Source of the DNA: Macrostomum lignano
Taxonomy: Eukaryota
NCBI GenBank assembly: GCA_002269645.1
Contig: NIVC01003532.1
Location: 28,636-92,635 of the forward strand
Direction of reading: 5' to 3'
DNA length: 64,000 nucleotides
Of this stretch, positions 22,986-34,630 are shown in pieces; position 1 is the first letter of the stretch; each line of letters begins with the position of its first letter. The translations under genes and the position numbers were made by a program. A model generated the notes under the pieces. That model ran no database searches. It saw only the letters and a program-made list of their open reading frames with translations, and was not told the DNA's origin.

Positions 22986-25250
22986 TTGCATTGCCCCCCT
23001 GGCTATGCCATTGCTCAAAGTACTTTTTTTCTTTTCTCTTAAAAATTTTCCCTTTTTCTTATTTTAAGATTGCAAATGAGCTTAAAAGGATAAAAAAAGG
23101 TTATAAGACTATATATAGACTACATTTTCTTTTCAATTTTAGAGTGCAATTCAAAAATTTAGGGTGCATATGCATATTGCACACAAAAACATAGGAGAGG
23201 GGCAAGGAGGTGGTTGCCTCCCCTAGCCCCCTCTATAGCTAGCAATGATAATGCATGCCCCTTTTCTTTTAGGCTAAAAGGGTCATTATAGCCCTTAGTT
23301 AACTTAGTACAGTGCCCCTAGGCCTGCCCTTACTTATTTTTATAGTTAATATCTACCTACTTATTTTATATTTATATATCTACTTTTAATAATTGGGTTA
23401 GGCCCTATTAATTTTTCTTAAGATCACATAGTTTTTTGATTATAGAATTAGGCCTAAGATAGGCCCAAGGGTCACAATTTCTAGGATCTAAAAATGCTAA
23501 AATCCTGGACCTAGGATTCAATTTTTTAAGATCTTTAAAATCTTTAAAATCTTGTCCTTGGGATATCCAAGATTTATTCCTAGATTTTAGAAAATTTTAA
23601 ACAAATAAAGATCTTAGGATTGTTAAATACCAAGATTTTGGCATCTAGATCTTTAGTTAATATCATAGTATACATCCTTCAAAATACATTTTAAGACCAA
23701 AAAACTTTCTGTCTTGATGCCTTGATTCCCTAAAACTAAAACTCAGAATCCTTGATGCCTTTAAATAATCTTAATTTCTATCTCAAGGTCAAATTTTGTG
23801 TTTTAGTCATTTTTATCTAGATCCACATTGTAGTATTAGCCAACAAACAAATGGGCAATATGTCTTGGCTCTAGCATATTAGTCAAAACTTTGCTATTCA
23901 ATATACTACCTTGCCCTTGCCTTGCCCCAATCTACCTTGACCTTTTTGCAAATTTTTTCAATGCTACTTTAGGATTTAAATTGGGATCCTCTCTAACCTC
24001 TAATTTACTAGACTATATAGTTTTGTTTTAAGAAATGCTATTTAGTTTTTAACAACATTGTTTTAATTAGTCTAGTTGCAACTCTGTTTTTGTTTTTTCT
24101 CTTTTTTTTCTTTGTTTCCTTGGTATCTTTTTTATTTTTTGTTTATAGGGAAATCAATTAATATTGTGACTTATCTAGGCTAATAGTATCCTCATCTAGC
24201 TAGATTGGGCAGGTTGCCTAGGTATTATATATATAATCATTTTAAGAACTAAATACTATAAAAAGCCTATATCTAATCATCTAACTTTCTAAAGTTATAG
24301 TCATTGCCTATTATTTAATATTTAAGCTTAAAATTATATCAATATTCTTGAAGCCTTCTATTAATAAGTAAAATCAGTCAAATAGTAAAAGCTCAACATA
24401 ATAAATGTTCAACATTATTGTTAAAATTAAAATTTATAGTAAAACTTGACTTATAAAGAGGACTTTCTCCTAGAATTTTTCATTATATTAAAATAGAAAG
24501 AACAATAGAAGCACATAAAATTTGAGAATATAAGCTAACTTTTATATTGCACCTTCTAAAAAAATAATCAATTTGCCAGCCTTTTCTGCCATTTAAATAT
24601 ATAACAATTCTGAGGTTAGATTTTTCTTATAAATATTAGTGTTTTAAATATAGCCCCCTTTAACTTTCATCAGCAGCCTAACAACATTTGTCTGTATTAG
24701 CTCTGACTTTGTTGGTCTTTCATTGGCCTTCACCCAAGTAGAGCTTCTAGATATTTAGTTAGAGGTGAATGATAGTGTTTATAGACACCCTGTTACAAAT
24801 ATATACGTAGCAACATTGAAAGGTCGCCACCCTTCACCTAGCCAACCATTTTGTTATTAAAAATGCTTTTAAAAACAATGAAAACCGGGCAGAAGCTTCA
24901 ATCCATCTAGTCTTCGCCCTCTGCTCTTCCCAATCCCTCCTCACCCAGCTCAACTCTGTGTCATGTGGTGCAAGTTGCGTCACTCAAAAGTCAATAATGA
25001 GCTGGAATTTACTGCACACTCTCAATTGGTGGCGACTTTTTAATGTTGGTGAGTATATATGCTTCTATCTCTCATCAAGCGTTAACAGTGGGCAAACCTT
25101 GATTGCCAAACCTTAGCAATCAAGCATTAAAAATGGTTTTGTAAGTTGGATAACTCTCAATATTCATTCCAGTGGGTGAAAAAATGGCTTAGTATTCCTA
25201 TTGCTACTGTTAAGCAGATCTAAACCTCTAGTTAAAATTGCAGCAATCCA

Positions 25251-25500
25251 CCTATACTAAATCTCTAAGATTTGTATGCTTGCTTGCTTGCTTGTCTATC
25301 CATCCACCCCACCCCACCTATACTAAATCTCTAAGATCTGTTTGTTTTTCTGTTTGTAACGCTCTAGAAATTGCAGTTCTTGACCAATTTTGATCGCATT
25401 TTCGCCAAAAGATTCAAAATTGTTTGGAAAGAAGACAGTTAAAATTTCTTTAATCTGTTTCAATGCTAAAGGTATTCGAAAAACGAGTTTTCCTAATGCT
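25251..25500 (+). mobile_element. Non-autonomous Helitron-like (Lep1/HINE-type) repeat; related pieces at 29095-29260 and 57324-57570
   Basis: TATACTAAATCTCTAA start, (GTTT/GCTT)n microsatellite and AACGCTCTAGA.ATTGCA.TTCTTGAC shared with 57324-57390. TTGCACTGTTCGATCAGAA shared between 29161 and 57481. Confidence 0.45.
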
Positions 25501-25789
25501 TTAATGGGACTCCAAACCAGGTTGAATTCTTGACTGGCTGAGTTCCAATTTCAAAAATGATTGCGCCACAACTTTTCTCTATTCACTGTGTAGGCCCCAA
25601 TACTGGCTGCAGTGTGCAGGGGAGAGGAAAATGCTCAGGGGCTGCGTGTACATTCTGACCCTGGCTGACTGGCGGACTGCATAGACAATTGCTATTTATA
25701 GATTTCACTCAACTGTGCATTGGCTCTGCCGAAGTGCCGTAGCATATATGGCTGATTTTGTCTCCCCCGATCAATAGGCGGAGTAGCCG

Positions 25790-25856
25790 CGCTGTAGGCA
25801 CTAGGACTAGGTTTAGGCTAGGCGTAAGGTCCCAGGTTCGAGTCCCGGCCCCGGCT
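25790..25856 (+). mobile_element. tRNA-derived SINE head
   Basis: B-box GGTTCGAGTCCC with an upstream A-box-like TAGCCGCGCTGTAGG; no intact cloverleaf. Confidence 0.35.
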
Positions 25857-25942
25857 GACAATTTAAATTGAGTAAATTCATTTATTGGTAGCTTGTGCAT
25901 CGACTTATTGCAAAGTTTTTTCATGAATAGGAATTAAAACTA

Positions 25943-26551
25943 CACTCAGCAACAGTCAAAACCGCCACCCTACCGAGAGAGGCAACTTCTCTCTCACCTC
26001 AACTGCAAGTGACGTAACTTGCGCCACGGCGTGGCTAAAGCTGGGTGAGAGTGAATTCCAGGGTGAGAGTAAAAAAGGGACTGGGGTTGGGGTTGGGGGT
26101 GCAACAGTACACGTGACAATGGTCAGGCATATGACAGACGCTGAACGATGGCGCGCTGTTGGCATGCTAGAAGCTGGTGCATCCATCAGCGCAGTTCGAC
26201 AATTCAACGTTCAACAATTCGAGCGCTATTAACGAAGTCCCAAGATACTGGTAGTGTTCAACACGCAGCCATAGGCAGCCAGCGCCATGATCTCCGCGGC
26301 TCAACAGCCAGGGAAAATCGACGTCTGCTGCGGATTGTCAGGCGAACTCCGACCGCGCCAGCCACCCTGCTCCGTCTAATGTGGGGTGAAAGAAGCAGAT
26401 GGGGCATCCCATGTATCCCCTGATTGCCCTCTCCTGCATTCACTCTCACCCAGCTTTAGCCACGCCGTGGCACAAGTTACGTCACTTGCAGTTGAGGTGA
26501 AAGAGAAGTTGCCTCTCTCGATAGGGTGGCGGTTTTGACTGTTGTTGAGTG
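25943..26551 (+). mobile_element. Internally deleted Tc1-family transposon
   Basis: About 120-bp TIRs (CACTCAGCAACAGTCAAAACCGCC... and inverse ending 26551), TA on both sides. Internal MVRHMTDAERWRAVGMLEAGASISAV..TGSV..TARENRRLLRIVRR is a frameshifted paired-type HTH of Tc1/Tc3 transposases. Confidence 0.88.
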
Positions 26552-27879
26552 TATTTTTACTAATTAGCAATTAATTATTTTTGCTACTCGGCACAAGCCA
26601 GTAAGCAAATTTGATTTCTAAAAACTGCTTCGAGTATTACTGATCCCATCAATGGGTATTGCCTAGCTCAATGGAAGTATGAAATTGCTAAACTGCAGAC
26701 GATGATAAGAGACTGCTGAAGGTATTGCTAAATGCTGAGTTGTGCAAAAGACTGCCGATATGCATCGAAAATGGATAAGTGAGCCACACAATGCTGGGCA
26801 AATTTCTAGATTGTTAAAAGGATCATTCATGCAGACCTTCCAGACTTATGAGTGTATAGCTGCAAACTGCTGAGGGGATAACTATCTACAGAGTTTTGAG
26901 TGGATTAAGTGCAACTTTGCTGAGGGGACAGTTCTAGGCCGCTAAGGGTAAAGTGTTAAATGTTCATGAAAGTTTTAGACTGCAAAGTGGATAAATGCAG
27001 ACTGCTAAGAGATGACTGCAGTCTGTTTTGCGGCATAAGATGAAGGGATAATTTCAGGTTGTTCTGGGGATAACTGCCGATTTCTGGGGGGTTAACTTCA
27101 AACTGCTGAAGTTACTAAACTTCTTGAATAGTAGAAGGTTTATTTCGACCATCTGTCAATAGGCGTAATAGCCGCAGTAGGCAGGCAGTAACAGGCATAG
27201 ACTGAAGGTCGGCAGTTCGAGCCTGAATTGAAGTAGCGAATTTATTTCTGACCTGTGACAATATTTACTGTCTACTATACAGATTCCTGCAGATTTTTAA
27301 CATTTAATATTAAATGTACTTTTGCTGGATCTGCGTTAATCTTCTAGAACAGTGCTACTCTGATGTAAATGCTAATTTACAGGAGGTATTACTAATCTGG
27401 GTGAGCAGCGCTAATCGGGGAGAGCAGTGCTAATCTGATGTACTGATGTGTTCCTTATTACCAGTCCTCAACTGTAATCAAGGAACACTCACTTCTAGCT
27501 CGGTAGCTAGGCAACCCAGTAAGTCAACAGAAGGTATTTAATTACCTTGAATCCTTATGAGATATCTCTTCAATGTGGATCTCGTGTAGATCTCGTCTGT
27601 AGTTGTGTGAATCTCAGTTGATCTGATAGATCAGGCGCCTTGGTTCTTCAGTTGCTCTGGTCCTGGTTCCTCTTGTACTTCCGATGAAGTTGTTCCGGCC
27701 GGTATCTGTCGTTCGGACCAATAGGAAGCTTCCAAATTAACAATGGGTACCCTGCGCCAAACTGCGGTATCGTCTAAGCCTTCTCTTTCTAGCAGTGGCT
27801 CTATGCACTCTAGGAATAGCTCCGGAAAGCTGCTGTCAAAGCTCATGGGGATAATTACTGGAATGCTGTGGCTGTTGGG

Positions 27880-28700
27880 GGAATTGCCGAGATTGTTAAA
27901 GTAAGGTAAGGGTTAAACCATAAATGAATTGGCCTGTCAAACAGAAAATACTCATTGGGGAATGTCAAGGCTCATGGGGGTATCTGAAATATACTGTGGC
28001 TCAAGGCTCAGGAGGAATTGCTGTGATTGCAAAACATGGGGATATTGCCGAAATTCTGTGCCTCAAATAGGAGTTGCTGAGATATCAAGACTCATTGGGG
28101 AATTGCTGTGCTGTCAAAGCTCATGGGGTATCCGTGTAATGCTGTACGCTGTGGCTCTTGGGGTATTGCTGAGATGCTAGGGTTCACATGGGAACGGCTA
28201 GGATGTCAAAGGCTCATATGGGAATTAATAAAATTCACGAAATGTCAAGGTTCATTGGGAAATTATTGAAATGCAGTGACTCGACAGGGTTAGGGTTAGG
28301 GTCAGTTTTGATTCAAACATAGAATAACCGCTCTGTCAACCATAAAAGACTTGCTAAGATAGAATTGCTAAGATATCAAGGCTCATGGGGGGAATCGCTG
28401 AGTTACCAAGGCTCATGAAGAAATTGCAGAGATATCAAGGCTCATAAGGGGATTGCTGAATTGTAGGGGAGAGGTGAGTTGGGTTGCTGGGATGTCAAGG
28501 CTTACTGGGCTGGGAGAATTGCGTAGATGTCAAGGCTCAAGTATAATTGCTGCGATGTCGAGGCTTACTGAGGAAATTTCTGAGATGTCAAGGCTTACTG
28601 GGGATTCGGGGAAATTGCTGAGATGTCAAGGCTTACTGGGGGAATAGCTGAGATGTCAAGGCTTACTGGGGGAATTACTGAGATGTCAAGGCTCATGGGG
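27880..28700. repeat. Degenerate tandem repeat of about 30-33 bp (GCTGAGATGTCAAGGCT(T/C)A(C/T)GGGGGAATT); short relative at 60105-60160
   Basis: Recurring GTCAAGGCT core. Confidence 0.7.
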
Positions 28701-29732
28701 GGTGGCTGAATTGTTGGGGGGAGGGAGTAGGTTTCTGGGCGATTGTCAGATAGTCAAGTAGTACGGCTCAAGTAGCTCATTTAGTTCAGATAATGAAAAT
28801 GTACACGTAAGTGATCCTAATTTCTGCTAATAGGAAATACCAGCGTATTTATTAAAGGTTTGATTCTCTGAGTTAGGCTAATAAAGAGGGGTCTAAGGCC
28901 GTCAGGGATTGGCATATTAAGCTTCTGCAGACCATAATATAACTAGGCCAATAACGATACGCACTAAGAGTTTTGCTTGAAAGGATAAGCACTATTTGCT
29001 AATTTAAAAAGGGAAAGACAAGCGCTAAACTGATAAAAAGCCACCCGGAGGGGGCTAAATGGCTAGTCCATCCATTAAACTAAATTCCATTAAACTAAAA
29101 ATGGTCTGTCGGTAGGTATGTGTAATCGATTCTAGAAAAAATGGCTCATCTTTTTCGAACTTGCACTGTTCGATCAGAAATTTTTCCGTGACGGTACAAG
29201 TGTCTTGGCTAAGAAATTGCTCAATGCTAAAGGGATTAAATATTCAAAAAACATGCTTTTTTGCAAAGGTCAAGCAGCTCTTTCGACTTGAAATGCATTG
29301 TAAGAATGCTAGAGAAAAAACTGACTGGTTGAATTCTGATTCTGAAATAGATTGCATCACAATAGGCTTTTTATTTATTCAGTCTGTGTACTGGCTGAAT
29401 TTTGACACTCAATTGAATTGCGTCACAGCGTGGAAGCATAGCACAATACTTGATTTATATTGCGTAACCATATTGGTAACTTTATTAGAGACTGACTTGC
29501 CTAAGAAATTGATTGTCATAACTGCTTCGTGTGACTTTTACTCTAGCTGACTTGGTGTGAGTGTTGAATTATAAGTGCTACAAATTCACTTATAAATTCG
29601 ATGAGAGCTAGCCTAGAGGTGAACAGACTGGACTGCTAATGCAGCGACCTGGGATCGAATCTTAGTACTGTAAAAAAAAGTAATGTAATTTTTTTATTGA
29701 AAGCTTTTATTAAAATATTAATTAAAAGGTCC

Positions 29733-31540
29733 TGGATTACTGCACTTGATAAACCAAGGACTACTGCACTTGATAAACCAAGGACTACTGCACTTGATAA
29801 ACCAAGGACTACTGCACTTGATAAACCAAGGATTACTGCACTTGATAAACCAAGGACTACTGCACTTGATAAACCAAGGACTACTGCACTTGATAAACCA
29901 AGGATTACTGCACTTGATAGGCTAAGGATTACTGCGCTTGATAAACCAAGGACTACTGCACTTGATAAACCAAGGACTACTGCACTTGATAAACCAAGGA
30001 CTACTGCACTTGATAAACCAAGGATTACTGCACTTGATAGGCTAAGGATTAATGCACTTTATAAACCAAGGACTACTGCACTTGATAAACCAAGGACTAC
30101 TGCACTTGATAAATCAAGGACTACTGCACTTGATAAACCAAGGATTACTGCACTTGATAAACCAAGGATTACTGCACTTGATAAACCAAGGACTACTGCA
30201 CTTGATAAACCAAGGACTACTGCACTTGATAAACCAAGGATTACTGCACTTGATAGGCTAAGGATTACTGCGCTTGATAAACCAAGGACTACTGCACTTG
30301 ATAAACCAAGGATTACTGCACTTGATAGGCTAAGGATTACTGCGCTTGATAAACCAAGGACTACTGCACTTGATAAACCAAGGATTACTGCACTTGATAA
30401 GCTAAGGATTACTGCACTTGATAAACCAAGGACTACTGCACTTGATAAACCAAGGACTACTGCACTTGATAAACCAAGGACTACTGCACTTGATAAACCA
30501 AGGATTACTGCACTTGATAAACCAAGGACTACTGCACTTGATAAACCAAGGACTACTGCACTTGATAAACCAAGGATTACTGCACTTGATAGGCTAAGGA
30601 TTACTGCGCTTGATAAACCAAGGACTACTGCACTTGATAAACCAAGGACTACTGCACTTGATAAACCAAGGACTACTGCACTTGATAAACCAAGGATTAC
30701 TGCACTTGATAGGCTAAGGATTAATGCACTTTATAAACCAAGGACTACTGCACTTGATAAACCAAGGACTACTGCACTTGATAAATCAAGGACTACTGCA
30801 CTTGATAAACCAAGGATTACTGCACTTGATAAACCAAGGATTACTGCACTTGATAAACCAAGGACTACTGCACTTGATAAACCAAGGACTACTGCACTTG
30901 ATAAACCAAGGATTACTGCACTTGATAGGCTAAGGATTACTGCGCTTGATAAACCAAGGACTACTGCACTTGATAAACCAAGGATTACTGCACTTGATAG
31001 GCTAAGGATTACTGCGCTTGATAAACCAAGGACTACTGCACTTGATAAACCAAGGATTACTGCACTTGATAAGCTAAGGATTACTGCACTTGATAAACCA
31101 AGGACTACTGCACTTGATAAACCAAGGACTACTGCACTTGATAAACCAAGGACTACTGCACTTGATAAACCAAGGATTACTGCACTTGATAGGCTAAGGA
31201 TTAATGCACTTGATAAACCAAGGATTACTGCACTTGATAAACCAAGGACTACTGCACTTGATAAACCAAGGACTACTGCACTTGATAAATCAAGGACTAC
31301 TGCACTTGATAAACCAAGGATTACTGCACTTGATAAACCAAGGATTACTGCACTTGATAAACCAAGGACTACTGCACTTGATAAACCAAGGACTACTGCA
31401 CTTGATAAACCAAGGATTACTGCACTTGATAGGCTAAGGATTACTGCGCTTGATAAACCAAGGACTACTGCACTTGATAAACCAAGGATTACTGCACTTG
31501 ATAAGCTAAGGATTACTGCACTTGATAGAGCAAGGATCAT
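29733..31540. repeat. 24-bp minisatellite (GGA(C/T)TACTGCACTTGATAAACCAA), about 75 units, with a 672-bp higher-order duplication
   Basis: Direct reading; rare variant units recur 672 bp apart (about 30050/30722 and 30111/30783). Confidence 0.95.
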
Positions 31541-31704
31541 TGCACTAGATAATAAAATGATTCTTGCACTATCTTAGAAGCGGATAATTGCGCTGAAAAA
31601 AAAGAGATTATTGCGCTAGCTGAGACATGGATTATTGCACAACCTGAGAAAGCGATTATTTCATTAGCGGAGGAAATATTTGCACTAGCTACTTGCTGTC
31701 TAAT

Positions 31705-32010
31705 GGATGCTTGCTATCTGCAGGATGCTTGCTATCTGCAGGATGCTTGCTATCTTCAGGATGCTTGCTATCTGCAGTATGCTTGCTATCTGCAGGATGC
31801 TTGCTATCTGCAGGATGCTTGCTATTTGGGGGGATGCTTACTATTTTGGAGGATGCTTGCTATCTGGGTGGAGGCTTGCTATCTGCAGGATGCTTGCTAT
31901 CTGCAGGATGCTTGCTATTTGGAGGGATGCTTACTATTTTGGAGGATGCTTGCTATCTGGGTGGAGGCTTGCTATCTGGGGAATGCTTGCTGTCTTGGGG
32001 ATGTTTTCTA
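31705..32010. repeat. 18-bp degenerate repeat (GGATGCTTGCTATCTGCA)
   Basis: Direct reading; a related motif occurs at 60243-60275. Confidence 0.85.
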
Positions 32011-32644
32011 TTTAGGGGGAATGTCTGTGTCTTTGTAAAATTCAGGTGGAATTTAGGGGGAATCTTTGTGAAAACTATATTTTGTCTTTCTGTTAATTTA
32101 AAAAAAGTAAGAGATTCATAGCAAACATCTTTGTTCATGACAATTTTACTCGAATAAGGTGATTTATAAAACTTAAGAAGGAATTGGTTCTTAAGAAAAT
32201 GTGCTTTTTTAATTGTTTTATATAAATATTTTTGCTCCTTGCTTATTGCGCGCCCCGAAGGGGGGCACTAGATTGCTAGTAGCAATAGCTAAATTTAGAT
32301 AGTTACAAGTGTAGACAATGATACAATCAAGTGTAGCCTAAATAAATAAACTTTAACATTGATAATAGCTTAGAAAAAGAGCTAATTGTCTTTAATTCTT
32401 TAGTATAGCATATTGGTGAATATCTAGATATCTAGATATATCATACTTGTTTCATGTCCATGTTGCGCTCCTATTGGCTGAAAGGCTTATCTGTTTGATA
32501 GTTCTGAATTAATGTACTGACCCATTTCAGTGTAAACTTGCTAACCAAGTAAATATAAAAAAAAATTCAGACACCTGCAGCCACAAACTACGCTGTCAAA
32601 TCATTTTGCTGCATACCGCTTTGTAGCAGTTCAATTTGTGAAAA

Positions 32645-34630
32645 ATGACGAACTTAATGTCAGTTAGTAATTGGCTAACAGACTCCGCCGTCAATCAACC
32701 GCAAAATGTAGTACTAAATAACACATTCGCCACATCAGAGAGGGATTCCGATATATTAGACTATGAGATTACGAGCAATGCTGTCATACCAACTGAGGCA
32801 TTGATACCAATATTACCTACTCCATGCAACTTAGCAAACAATAGTACGAAAGACTCCTTAGCTGTTGCACTGAAAGCCATAGCTGACACTGAAATGACTA
32901 AGCAGCGAATGCTCATAGCAGCTCAGCTTCGAGATTCAACGCAAATTCAACTTCAGTACTTCAGTACACCTGACACGCGACAATTGGTACAAACAGGTAA
33001 GAGCAAGGTGCTGCGGTACTACAACAACAGCACACCTGGTGGCAGAGCGTCCTCCGTGCCGCAGACTCTAGACTTCCGCAATCAGCGATGGGACACGAGT
33101 GGAATGCCGGCCTCGATTCCACAACACCTGTGGGACATGAGACGAGAGGAGAACAGGTGGCAGTCCTTCCACCTGCCGGATGCCAGCTTCACAGCGGCTC
33201 ACCTGGTGTCAGTGACGGATCTGGCTGCTGACGGATTCTTCTACCTGCAGGAGTCGGACAGAGTAAAGTGTGCATTCTGCAAGGGTGTGCTCAAGGACTG
33301 GGAGGCGGGCGAGCAGGTCCGAGAGGCTCACAGACGCCACTTCTCCACCTGTCCGTTCGTGCTGTTCGTCGAAGTCGGCAACGTGCCTCGAGATCACAGA
33401 GAGCCAGAAAGAGTCTTGAGTTCAGCAAAAATAGTAGAGGCAGTGCAATGCAGTGATCAGACTGCAGATGATGCAGCAGTGATGGTGAACAGAGACTGGA
33501 GCATGAATCTGGTCGCTGAGCTACCACCGATGGAGTTCGCTGGACTGAACGAGTGGGCGCTGGCGACACGCGCAACTATTGGAACGAATGCAGAACGCGT
33601 AGTGGACGACGAGCTGGTCGCTTTCAACATGATGAAGCGTCCTCAGCTTCCAGTGTCGAGCGAAGTAGCGAGATCTGCGTGCTCCGAGAGAGCGCTCACG
33701 AACCTGTCCGCTCTGCAGCACAGTCTCGAGAGTGAGCCATCGAGTGTGACTGCCAAACACGCACAGTTCGAGACCTACCAAGCGAGGTCGCAGTCTCTGC
33801 ACTCGGCTCTCGTTCAGCAGCCAGTGTACTTGCTTGCAAAGGCGGGCTTCTTCTACTCGGAAGCCGAGAGAGCGACCTGCTGCTTCAGCTGCGGACTCTG
33901 CATGAGCGAGTGGAGCTGCGACGATGATGTGTGGGTTGAGCACGCCAGGTGGTCACCTCGATGTCCTCACGTGTTGTTGGAGCGAGGCAGCGACTTTGTA
34001 CAGGCGGTGCATCGACTGTCGCCTCCCGTGCAGCACCCGACTTGTGGTGCTTCTGCTCAGCGTCACACTGCATTGGTACAGACGGAATCAACTGCATCAG
34101 CTGGTGCTGCGACTGTCGACGGGTCCGCCGCCACTACTGCAGTCCGCAGCAGTCGCGCAGACGAGGCTCTCGCAGTCACTCCTGGAGTCGAGTTCAGAGT
34201 CGAGGCCAGAGACATCAAGGCGAGAGCCGACCTGCCCGTTGTGAGACTGCTCACTCAGCTCGGATTCTCCGCTCTGCAAGTGAGACTGTTCACAGAGCTG
34301 CATCTCAGACAGCGAGGCGATGACTTTGCCACATCGGAGCTGTTCCTCGACTTCATGCTCACCGAGAGCCGCCGCATGCGCAAGCAGTCGCAGGATCCGG
34401 AGGCGTTCTTCGAGAGCAGGATGTCTCAGATTCGAGACTCTCTAAACCAACAGCCTAGACGCCGAGACACAACCGACTGGAAGACGTGCAAGGTGTGCAT
34501 GGACAAGGAGGTGAACATCATGCTGCTGGACTGTGGTCACGTGGCCTGCTGCTCAGTGTGCGCCAAGTCGCTGAAGACGTGCCCCATCTGCAGGGCCTTT
34601 ATTCGCGGCTCCCTATTTTTTCGTGAGTGA
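32645..34630 (+). CDS. IAP copy 4: variable N-terminus + BIR-BIR-UBA-RING
   Basis: 661-aa uninterrupted ORF from ATG; BIR and RING zinc motifs intact; 12-bp linker insertion (AATT). Confidence 0.93.
   Translation: MTNLMSVSNWLTDSAVNQPQNVVLNNTFATSERDSDILDYEITSNAVIPTEALIPILPTPCNLANNSTKDSLAVALKAIADTEMTKQRMLIAAQLRDSTQIQLQYFSTPDTRQLVQTGKSKVLRYYNNSTPGGRASSVPQTLDFRNQRWDTSGMPASIPQHLWDMRREENRWQSFHLPDASFTAAHLVSVTDLAADGFFYLQESDRVKCAFCKGVLKDWEAGEQVREAHRRHFSTCPFVLFVEVGNVPRDHREPERVLSSAKIVEAVQCSDQTADDAAVMVNRDWSMNLVAELPPMEFAGLNEWALATRATIGTNAERVVDDELVAFNMMKRPQLPVSSEVARSACSERALTNLSALQHSLESEPSSVTAKHAQFETYQARSQSLHSALVQQPVYLLAKAGFFYSEAERATCCFSCGLCMSEWSCDDDVWVEHARWSPRCPHVLLERGSDFVQAVHRLSPPVQHPTCGASAQRHTALVQTESTASAGAATVDGSAATTAVRSSRADEALAVTPGVEFRVEARDIKARADLPVVRLLTQLGFSALQVRLFTELHLRQRGDDFATSELFLDFMLTESRRMRKQSQDPEAFFESRMSQIRDSLNQQPRRRDTTDWKTCKVCMDKEVNIMLLDCGHVACCSVCAKSLKTCPICRAFIRGSLFFRE

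Larger units (their letters stand above)
21450..24805. other. CpG-depleted, TpA-enriched hypermutated block
   Basis: About 4 CG dinucleotides counted by eye in about 3.35 kb; CTAG/TAGG/CCTA abundant. Equally AT-rich regions elsewhere in the window retain many CpGs. Confidence 0.85.

Noticed and set aside
29697-31577. 626-aa ORF (TALDKPRT)n
   Set aside because: Translation of a stop-free 24-bp satellite; begins at a TTG and has no flanking domain.
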